Shown piece after piece: positions 49,201 through 55,009 of a stretch of 62,135 bases of DNA. Made by a program: the position numbers and the translations under genes. This stretch comes from a virus (Duplodnaviria > Caudoviricetes), in the IMG/VR virus record IMGVR_UViG_3300034092_001518, positions 1-62,135 of that record. One strand, given 5' to 3'. Below the pieces are notes generated by a model. It was not told where the DNA came from. It did not search any database and saw only the letters and a program-made list of their open reading frames with translations. Each line of letters starts with the position of its first letter. Position 1 is the first letter of the stretch.

Positions 49201-50732
49201 AAATAATTATAAACTTTAGTGTTATCACTAATGATAGCCTGATCAAAATTATAGACATCTGGAGATGATATCTTAAAACCTTCTTTTGGCTGTACAATCT
49301 GTCCTTCTTTCTCCCATTTTTTCGGATCTAACAAACTTAACTCTTTGTCAGGTTTAGTTTCTTTTTTTACTGGAGCTTCTCCTGTATAAGAAGGTTTGGC
49401 GTTAGCGATAAGAAAATTTTGTATATCGGGTATTAAGTTGTCGTCATCAATATAAAATCTTTTAGTACCTCTTTTAGTTTGTATTGTTATTGACCTTTCA
49501 GTCATGCCAAAACGATCAGTAAATCCACCAGTCATTTGATCTAAATATGGATTATCTGCCTTAATCATTATATTATAATCAGAGCCATATTTTGATAAAA
49601 AAGATTTTATTTTAGATTGCGTTTCGTATTGTGATGACTTATCGTCAAAAGTGCCCAAAAACCCTTCTTCTGTTTTTAATCCAGCCCAATCGCTTATTTC
49701 GTCATCATTACTAAATGTCTTATATACATCGTTTACAAACTCTCTATCGATATTATTTAAACTAATTAATTCACTAGACTTAGTTTTATCTGGAACGGGT
49801 AAATTTTGACCAAAATATGAATTTACATTTTTAATTGATTTGGGATCTGTAATAAAATAGTAGTAAGCATCTCCTGGATTTTTTACTTTCCAAAAACCAT
49901 TCTCTACTACATATTGTTTTCCATTTTCAGAAGCATATATCTGACCAGATGTACTTAGAGATGCTTGAGTTCTATTTTCTTTATTTAGTTTGGCTACAGT
50001 TTTAGCGTCTTCTAAAGGTACTCCAATAAATTCTGTAGGCATATATTCTGCATCATCCTTTACATCTTTTAGCTGCCATTTTTGATATGTGTTTGATGCC
50101 TCATCATAAAAAATTTCTCCAACACGTAAAGTTCTTTCTTTTCCACTCGCATCAGTACCTGTTTGAGGATCACGCATTAAGCTTATATCTCTGTCAGTCA
50201 AAGGTACATCTGGCAACCCTAAGGCGCTTTTTCGTACTGGCTTATAAGTTTCAGGAACACCTATTTGGCCACCACTGGCATATGCTATGTTTTCCCAAAA
50301 ATCTTTATCGCCGAAATAACCAGCGTCTGATATTTTTTTTTGCTGTTTTGTTAAGCCTCCTGTTAACCTATTTGTGAGATATTCTTTATAATCACTTTTT
50401 TTAGGAGTTACTTTAACTTCTTTTAATTTTAAATTTTGCTCTAGTGTCTTTAATCCTTCTTTTTCTTTTTCACTAAGGCTTTCATATTTTACAGCACCTG
50501 ATTTTAATTGAGTTCTAAGCTCTTGAAGTTGTTTTTCAAAATCTACAATGTCGTCATACTTATAATCTAAACGACCAACATTTTCTTCCTCAGTAACATG
50601 GGCCCACCTAGACTTCCTTTTCTTTCTAGGTTTTTCATCATCAACCAATACTTGATTTTCCGCATCAACTGCTAGCACGTCTTGAGATAAGTCCTGAGCC
50701 TCTAAATCTTCGTTAATGTTTTCGTCTATCAT
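40221..50732 (-). CDS. Giant (3503 aa) polyvalent virion/ejection protein
   Basis: Contains a DUF3293-like segment (GLLTAENP...GKYG.AENSF), a zincin HEAFH motif and a helical glycosylase-like module (AVLSPQ..W, VTIDTHA, PREVQSITW); follows the internal virion genes. Confidence 0.8.
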   Translation of the reverse strand: MIDENINEDLEAQDLSQDVLAVDAENQVLVDDEKPRKKRKSRWAHVTEEENVGRLDYKYDDIVDFEKQLQELRTQLKSGAVKYESLSEKEKEGLKTLEQNLKLKEVKVTPKKSDYKEYLTNRLTGGLTKQQKKISDAGYFGDKDFWENIAYASGGQIGVPETYKPVRKSALGLPDVPLTDRDISLMRDPQTGTDASGKERTLRVGEIFYDEASNTYQKWQLKDVKDDAEYMPTEFIGVPLEDAKTVAKLNKENRTQASLSTSGQIYASENGKQYVVENGFWKVKNPGDAYYYFITDPKSIKNVNSYFGQNLPVPDKTKSSELISLNNIDREFVNDVYKTFSNDDEISDWAGLKTEEGFLGTFDDKSSQYETQSKIKSFLSKYGSDYNIMIKADNPYLDQMTGGFTDRFGMTERSITIQTKRGTKRFYIDDDNLIPDIQNFLIANAKPSYTGEAPVKKETKPDKELSLLDPKKWEKEGQIVQPKEGFKISSPDVYNFDQAIISDNTKVYNYFNEINRIEKEKLVAEEKIYGPNAKFLSAEAKEKILLEKNKPILDKERQQLLQIVGNKNLQAATEYITAPNFTPSSYSKDVANALKAENNSIKKKLEDFKKNQSLFAEKQDLITQMGKDAADIKNLALQYKNLISKGEISVGDAEKILLQKQAEFNERYSFVNEKYLQDLQNEQSKLIKDADELSNSASAIELISSNAEYAAGIAMMKSKDQGSFMGGLLKSIVGGIVDIPGFVFGVLGDIEDVGTGAKGKASAGKTSRDAFSGLTGFLVGAGTSEEYEADANLLYKATTGLARSAVQSAVGGNFALFGGGYNEMATQLDKTDMTAAEKILASSIYGTVSMALEKYGLDEIFGKGGMGSSISRYIMKRTVQGLTKDMSKEAVEALVTNEIKLFIADKGIKIAAAGFAEGFTESLQTGAEYGTKATIEAIRGEKMFKDAAGNDAVTWRNLGKDALESFVVGAVGGHGVSLISQSASVVSRGMNALRTKEEREALVAAARASGMDELVVANLQASLLSGKYSKKTAQSILENFKIIKQKVNTIPKEMPIREQAVALDLMLERDALNSQIEGVDPALAAPSIERVKEINETLKQIGYAVQESSTESVLQRQQEGTGETGGGREGVEPVVQGKEATEKSSQEKVDVSEGEATPTATVIEAKKADIERRRQEELKERVVYDRKPTVEDGEFRIIGDPNNRIFRINEITGRPQVLDKSNGLWSNTEESPNMFFETTKRSGFEKIKENINVKYDAELAALKTPEKVDVSEGEATPTATVSDEITKTSEEVATAKEGIVPGATAKVADVDIVYPTEPQAEERKAFRSTSEYVENASKELPIEDVETLTKELDGEFGLLTAENPMAQPLTEEENKQLNQKAEEWLTERGYKPRRVTGKYGQAENSFFVPNLTRQDAIEFAKQFNQEAVAHSDGLVYQDGSMNPRVKADDNLSFTESYSPESDFVSVVNTKDGLKTFSIGYDFGQKVMPEKQAAPTQVAQEVTITPETNQTITERINNETDAKRKKVFIAVQKVLSAIPNARIILHENTDSFVDGVAKSANTTKEDAKNQGADTFRGAYVNGDVHINLETAGVTTVFHEAFHDLLAKKGMDNNALLDMAKGLKSVISDKALKQRLDEFISNYEEGDRAEEYTAELGAIMAEAQRELSTTKFQQFKTLVNKIAKKLGLPVVFSAAATAQDAVDFMNSMSGKLGRGEQIEVGNVSKVIPSETDKYGNLKKPSESSIKNIKSQKPKIINDAKSNVKEGKTVSTRLPKKDNIHSTRDYIVSMKSLEEDASKDKKIQDQYIKIAKEISSYGISKIKNVENFDDAKKVVNDFKNSVKSNLKWLHNSFGVDVRDISKLWYDGANIICNKIANQYNYSLEQVSGVMAVLSPQMDWFRNLSLGERVIDIYTNQQNSIFDSKMIDYVNNATSGTGKNKVPLFKDSKEIISRVKNKKLSELNNKDKAYFIRVFDEVYNSREYNNISPNGEVNGLVRKSDGSPGACGWGAFPTIEKSISILQDGSIENISSNLGNMHKVRNFFNNISNPNDPDAVTIDTHAVAAGLLLPLSGSSKQVLYNFGGAGNVNTGMTGTYPVYADAYRELAKELGLLPREVQSITWEAVRGLFKATFKSNKNNELNINKVWDDYSSGSISLDEAHTKIEDIAGGISKPVWFEYMADGNKISMDENSAAVDQSNLDNESIEPSKIKAQKPSKQDAIQKAKDKYELSVEKRGNSHQQGVTAAIADLQKSDWYAKADDTQRENAVREIKKFFGEKLKAAPSVAKITGKTKDTAVVSDLAAAIRDQIKLEAKAAREATKDINQRRKELGIAIKNVIKNYKGKISEKQLSAINDRISKVNLLNEETVDRVIDYVDKVMKDADYKEKINKAKSARATIKKLKKDSNRQAEVRAMATVFASIDPDLVEDIDEYMAIAEQVKNALKPTSLSISNTTKFSDIYSYVDQYLEGQENIKKERLLSNNPSLVEQGIIDKSMSLKDIESKIRRINEQKNKLNKATNSEELKDNLKGEINSLKDILKAMVFGYNPITNERVEMTDRIKQVIKEISSLDVDDMTTEQMIALVESLNNFVKNGTIGGLDAAHKTYVGIKNANDLKRKGFVARQLKAYFSPMLGRLLGFEGMSLNELFTRLFGGVTRGNEFMEKSGVAGVVMGVNKAKKMSNAYQELYANTFKNIKGFFDQENVYERGVLAFVYRTNSIKPEEANKEFNRRIDLLLESYESLKNGTAEEQKMAEVYKKVFDRLNIESRDMSVIESNAKQFNIAGAAWWMGTWENHYQDLYDVSLSIYNTDLGSDFYYTSDRLSKLSESTGESIDITNISERGSSFLINTENEEITDKSKAGVLIASTYPATLKDKGRYVNLNFDINQSQALSGALVDIETAGAIRQVDAFISSDSFKSIIPSSSDRSLVVNRINKYIRRSKNKLLVPKDYARVIDKVINEAGRFGTTMALGGVFQFILQTFSVGINTLIQAGKYTQLYTGKSFNDWMNSTGTPTANRGVESVTSIENKMNAIDPVKSTLQQVARQYQKLTQVYMRTFLSKPDVFVARAAWKSYYLKYLSDNGYDTKKINWDTWNDTIKEEGIQDLHKKAMLFAENMVSRQQNVSDERLAGETFASEDGLRKAIRKILLPFAGFSVNQRMRLANDIITLTSAINVASKEDIKIAGRSLVGTVAEQATFNFIKYQVGKLIYYGAMSILGYGDDDEDEEEAKKRNRNALKYPIKSFIGDMASPAPFLDDFVVWAIDKGIKPFMEPSESEINDAVNEENNIRINALGKYKMTEDEKEEFIKKYKEDNTFSLESFKNDTGKYGLISVGSDAYEALYESLKMNDGKYTEEFQGKETEKYLTKDQIESQKIFSALKLFHFIGALPREANQLADKGTRKIKQNSLTKNQYESYKEFTKVFKREPKPYEIDIIKSTNYEIEEGYEEGSNTQMLLIIGDIDDLGGFSNQQGKVYSKLFEETRIQLTPAVYELIQKGKTAEQIKKILSN
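46890..47295. repeat. Perfect 49-bp direct repeat (46890-46938 and 47247-47295) flanking a 308-bp in-frame insert
   Basis: AACAGTAGCTGTGGGAGTTGCCTCACCCTCTGATACATCTACTTTTTCT occurs twice, 357 nt (119 codons) apart. Confidence 0.9.
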
Positions 50733-52156
50733 TGTTCTAAATTATTAACAGCTTCGTCCCAATAATTTGAATAACCAGCAGTGTTAAAGTTTAACAGATT
50801 TTTCCAGGTAGGAAGTCTTGACACATCTAGCTCTACTTTCCAAACACCTTTACCTGAATTTCTAATTGGTAGATTAGTCTCTGGATTATATTTTTTATAT
50901 TCATTAGGATCAAACTTAAATATTTTATACTTACCACCATCAATTCTTATTTCTCTATTTGCATCTTTACCAAAGATATCATTTAATTTTTGAAGATCAG
51001 TTTTATTTGGTGTTTTATTTAATATCTCATTTAATTGTGTTACATATGATCCAGCGCTTTTTGCCGCTTGGCTTATTGCTTTTGCTTTTGCAGCTCTAGG
51101 TTGTCTAGGAGTTACTGGCCTACTTTGTGTTTCTGAATAATCAAATCTAGATTCAATTTGAGCCTTCATTATTCTCCTTGCCTCCTCACTTTGTTCCTCT
51201 GAAATAACTGGCTCATACTTATTATTATCAGTAAGTCTAACGCTTATTAATTGTTTTTCATATTGTTTAGCTGCTAAATCTATTTCTTGATCTGTTAATG
51301 AAGAGTCTTCTTTTTTTAATTCAGTTTTATAATTATTAATTAATTGCATTTTTTCACTATCTGTTTCATAAAAATCATAGTCTTCACCATATGTAGTAAG
51401 AACCTGAGCAGCCATTCTAGGACTATTTGTATATTTATTTATAAGACTGTTCACTGTTTCCTTTACATTATCATTCTCTAATGGATTATTTATTTTTGTT
51501 GATCCTTGAGCGTTGTATTTAGACTGAATTATAAAATCACCAATGCTTTTTGTATCTGCACTAATTAATTTATCAAAATCAATTTTTTCATCCATTAAAT
51601 TCATTGGATCGGCTAATGCCATACTTGGAGCAACTTCTACCTCTCCACTGGCATTTACTTGAGCCATGTATCCATGACCATCTGTTGAAAAAGTATAAAA
51701 TCTATTTCTAAGGTCCGCTAAATTTGCATGTTTACTAGACAAATAAGTTTCAAAAGTACTTGCCTTGTCTTCGGCTTGTCTTTTTAGTAACTCTTGATTT
51801 GTAGCATCAAAGTTTTTCATGCTGTTTCCCATGGTTGACCAGTCGGTCATCATGTTGTTAAGAATAGATTTATATTGTTGATCAGTAATTAAACCAGCCT
51901 TTCTTTGTTTATTTGCCTGAGATATTATATCTCTTCCTTTTGCAGCACCAGTTGTTATGTATTCTTGTAATGATTGGGTCTTTATACCCTCTATTGACTT
52001 AATACTTGCGTTGGCTTTTTGTGCTAAATCATCAGCATATAGTATTTGTTTTTCTCTCTCAAGTCCTATATCTTCAAGAGCTTTGCTTATGCCTCCTATT
52101 GCCTTCCCCCAATCTATTGATGGTGCTGGTATATATGTTCCGTATTGTTTTGCCAT
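50729..52156 (-). CDS. Putative internal virion (ejection) protein
   Basis: 475 aa, helical; lies between the small ejection-like gene and the giant protein. Confidence 0.55.
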   Translation of the reverse strand: MAKQYGTYIPAPSIDWGKAIGGISKALEDIGLEREKQILYADDLAQKANASIKSIEGIKTQSLQEYITTGAAKGRDIISQANKQRKAGLITDQQYKSILNNMMTDWSTMGNSMKNFDATNQELLKRQAEDKASTFETYLSSKHANLADLRNRFYTFSTDGHGYMAQVNASGEVEVAPSMALADPMNLMDEKIDFDKLISADTKSIGDFIIQSKYNAQGSTKINNPLENDNVKETVNSLINKYTNSPRMAAQVLTTYGEDYDFYETDSEKMQLINNYKTELKKEDSSLTDQEIDLAAKQYEKQLISVRLTDNNKYEPVISEEQSEEARRIMKAQIESRFDYSETQSRPVTPRQPRAAKAKAISQAAKSAGSYVTQLNEILNKTPNKTDLQKLNDIFGKDANREIRIDGGKYKIFKFDPNEYKKYNPETNLPIRNSGKGVWKVELDVSRLPTWKNLLNFNTAGYSNYWDEAVNNLEQ

Positions 52157-52167
52157 TTTAAAATTTA

Positions 52168-52842
52168 TTAAGAATTCACAAATAAACTAAAGGGCTGGTA
52201 ACCTTCATAAGCCCCTGCGGCTGCTTGTGCCTCTGTAAATGGTCTATCATAATTATTTCCTGATCCAATTCCAGGAACAGTAGTATTAGTTTTTTTGTCT
52301 TTAAATTTAATTTTAGAAGCAGATTTTAAACCTTCGGCAGCAAATCCAAAAATACCTTCAATGGCTTCATTCCTATTGGCCTCAGCCACATATCTTCTAT
52401 ACTCAGCGTCTTGCTTTTCGTTCATTTCTATGTCATACTGCCTTTGCTGTTTTCTAGCATTAATTCCTTGCTGTGCCTGCGCCTGTGCCGCATCTCTTTC
52501 GTACTTTAACTCGTCAAGCCTTGCAGCATTTTGAAGGTCTCCCTGCTCTCCAGCAAGTGCCAATTGACCAACACTACCTATCACTCCCTCTGCCCCAGCA
52601 CCTTGAATCATACCCATTGTCTGAGCCTCTCTTTGTGCTTGAGATTGCTGTGCTAGCTGAGTGCCTAATGTTGGGACCTGCAATTGTTTAAAAGCATTAT
52701 CCTCGTTGATAGCCCTTAAGCTTTCCGTTGCTTTTTTAGATGCTTCTTCTGCTTTTTTCATGGCCTTGTTTTGGCCTATTGCCTGGGCTGCGCTTACTCC
52801 CATCCCACCAAGTGCAACTATAGTTCCTGTTACTGCTGCCAT
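52168..52842 (-). CDS. Putative internal virion (ejection) protein
   Basis: A/G/Q-rich with a hydrophobic N-terminus (MAAVTGTIVALGGMGVSAAQ), as in podovirus core proteins. Confidence 0.6.
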   Translation of the reverse strand: MAAVTGTIVALGGMGVSAAQAIGQNKAMKKAEEASKKATESLRAINEDNAFKQLQVPTLGTQLAQQSQAQREAQTMGMIQGAGAEGVIGSVGQLALAGEQGDLQNAARLDELKYERDAAQAQAQQGINARKQQRQYDIEMNEKQDAEYRRYVAEANRNEAIEGIFGFAAEGLKSASKIKFKDKKTNTTVPGIGSGNNYDRPFTEAQAAAGAYEGYQPFSLFVNS

Positions 52843-52843
52843 A

Positions 52844-53242
52844 TTATAAAATTTTTACCATTTCAGTTGTGTTTGTAGATCCCTTTTGAAATCCACAATT
52901 TTCGTACATCTTTATTAAAGATGGACTCTTTAACGTTGAAAAAGCATAAATAAATCCATTTTGTTTGCAAATCTCTAAAAGAGAATATATTAAAAACTCT
53001 ATGGCCTCTTTTCTGTCCTTTTCTCTGTAATGGAAGTTAGATACTATAAACTCAATCCACGCTACCTTAGAGTTTGTTGCGTATACAAAACCAGCACACA
53101 CATCCTCTCCATTGCTCGATACCATTATGCCTCCTGTGCCGTTTTCTGGCAAGAAGTCTTTAGATATTACTGGCCATCTCCAATCCCTCCACCAGTCACA
53201 TATCTTATGGTAATCGTCTTCAACCAAGTATCGGACTTCCAT
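52844..53242 (-). CDS. GNAT-like acetyltransferase
   Basis: VCAGFVY..NSKVAWIEFIVSN...LIKMYENCGF pattern; TAAATTTG box at 53247-53254. Confidence 0.6.
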   Translation of the reverse strand: MEVRYLVEDDYHKICDWWRDWRWPVISKDFLPENGTGGIMVSSNGEDVCAGFVYATNSKVAWIEFIVSNFHYREKDRKEAIEFLIYSLLEICKQNGFIYAFSTLKSPSLIKMYENCGFQKGSTNTTEMVKIL

Positions 53243-53251
53243 ATCACAAAT

Positions 53252-54076
53252 TTACATAAAACTTTTGAATACTGAAGAGCTTATTTCGAATAACTCTACT
53301 GGTCCTCCGCTGTTGGTAGTTAGAAGAATATCCATGTAATAACCTCTAACCCCATAAGACTCAGCAACAGAATTTTTTATCGCAAGTATCTCGTCACCTG
53401 AGCTTGGAAGAGTTCCAACAGTACTTAAATATACTATTGGCTGACCGTTTAGATCAAAGTTGTCTACCGACTGAACTGTACCTACATAAGAAAGTACTCC
53501 AGAAGGAAAATATTTATACACGTCATCTGGAGCTGATACATCTTTTATTTGTAGTGATGAAGATGGGTAAGAGTTTATTCTAAAGTAAGGAACAGGAGAA
53601 CCTCCAGAGTCTAGTACATTTCCAAGGCCAATAATCCTTGTACTCAGTTTATCGTCAAGCTGTCCTATATTAATTAAAGATCCACCAGAAGGATTGTTGT
53701 TACGTCTTATATGAGCAAAATAACTTCCTTCTTTTTCTTCAAACCAAGTGTTGCTTATGTTTCCAGACAGTAAGTCAGTAGTAACTGACACACTCCATGC
53801 AGACGTGCTTTCAAGAGACACCGTCTTAAATAGCTTAACCTCCAAAGGCGAGTCATTAAACACCGTTCTTACTTCGCAAGTAGGAAGATTTACATATGGA
53901 CTAGATACATAGTATACCGTTCTTTGTACTGAAGGAACATTATGTAGATATATATTTCCATTTTTAAACGTATAAAACTTATTACTAACGTAAACCATAT
54001 AGTCTGGAATGTAACTCCAGAATGAAGTCCATCCTTGAACATCGTCAGAATAAGATATCGTTAAAGGAACAACCAT
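53252..54076 (-). CDS. Tail nozzle/'stabilization' protein, C-terminal part
   Basis: TISYSDDVQGWTSFWSYIP, VFNDSP..KLFKT, EKEGSYFAHI, GVRGYY and ELFEISS motifs; has its own TAAATTTG box at 54081-54088. Confidence 0.6.
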   Translation of the reverse strand: MVVPLTISYSDDVQGWTSFWSYIPDYMVYVSNKFYTFKNGNIYLHNVPSVQRTVYYVSSPYVNLPTCEVRTVFNDSPLEVKLFKTVSLESTSAWSVSVTTDLLSGNISNTWFEEKEGSYFAHIRRNNNPSGGSLINIGQLDDKLSTRIIGLGNVLDSGGSPVPYFRINSYPSSSLQIKDVSAPDDVYKYFPSGVLSYVGTVQSVDNFDLNGQPIVYLSTVGTLPSSGDEILAIKNSVAESYGVRGYYMDILLTTNSGGPVELFEISSSVFKSFM

Positions 54077-54094
54077 AATACAAATTTAGTGAAT

Positions 54095-55009
54095 TTAAAC
54101 CAAACAGCTATCTATTGATTTTACTAGCCTATAATAGTGATAAGAACACCTTTTATCTGAAACAAACTCATTGCTGTCGTATGGGTATTTATCCATGTAC
54201 TTAGCCTTGTGAAACATTCCGTCTTTGTCAGACATTACCCCAGCATTATGAAAGAAGTATAGCTGGTCCCACTTATCTGAATTGCATGTTGCCCAACAAA
54301 AGTCAAACTCTTTGGGAACAACAACATCTATTCCCATCTTCCATGCGGTCCATAGCTCTGCCCACATGCTTGCGGTCCAAGCCTGTATACCATGATTGCT
54401 CCCGTCTTTTCTTACGTGTTGCATCTTCATCATTACCTCATAAAGCTCAAACGAGTATTTTTCTACTAGCTCCCAGTACTCATGTGTTAAATTTTTCATC
54501 AACTTCTGAGCACCTCCGCTATTGTTCTGATTATTTTTTACTATATCTTTTGATATGCCCACAACGTTGCACATTGCATCTAGCACCTCTTCTCCCTTGC
54601 TTACTATGTAGTCGTGCCCTATGTATGATATTGTATCAGAAAAATACCACTTATCATCAACTAAAAATTTATCGAAATTAAGGTGTCTAGTGAAGGCAAA
54701 GTCAGCGTCAACAAAAAAATATGCACTACTATCTGGGTGCTCTTTAAAATGTTTCTTTAGTATATGCGACTGTATTGCAGGAAGATACTTACAATCACCT
54801 AGAGTGTCTTCGTAAAAGAAAAAGTTAATTCTAGAATATACCTTTTGTAGTTTAAACCAAGACTCTGGTATGTCATCCTGATAACCTGCTACGACATACA
54901 TCTGTTCTGGATCGTATCCATTCAACATGAAGTTTACTATTTGCACCTCAACCTGCCAAGCATAATAATCTATAGCTGGTTGAGCTGACAAGAATTTAAT
55001 TTTATTCAT
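54095..55009 (-). CDS. GT-A glycosyltransferase resembling peptide O-glycosyltransferases (HPAT/SERGT-like)
   Basis: YYAWQ, YFFVDADFAF (DxD) and WTASMWA motifs, plus a C-terminal FFHNAG. Confidence 0.6.
   Translation of the reverse strand: MNKIKFLSAQPAIDYYAWQVEVQIVNFMLNGYDPEQMYVVAGYQDDIPESWFKLQKVYSRINFFFYEDTLGDCKYLPAIQSHILKKHFKEHPDSSAYFFVDADFAFTRHLNFDKFLVDDKWYFSDTISYIGHDYIVSKGEEVLDAMCNVVGISKDIVKNNQNNSGGAQKLMKNLTHEYWELVEKYSFELYEVMMKMQHVRKDGSNHGIQAWTASMWAELWTAWKMGIDVVVPKEFDFCWATCNSDKWDQLYFFHNAGVMSDKDGMFHKAKYMDKYPYDSNEFVSDKRCSYHYYRLVKSIDSCLV

Noticed and set aside
40221-50732. Virion RNA polymerase as in crAss-like or N4-like phages
   Set aside because: I saw no DxDxD (DFDID-type) or single-subunit polymerase motif; a profile search is still needed to exclude it fully.
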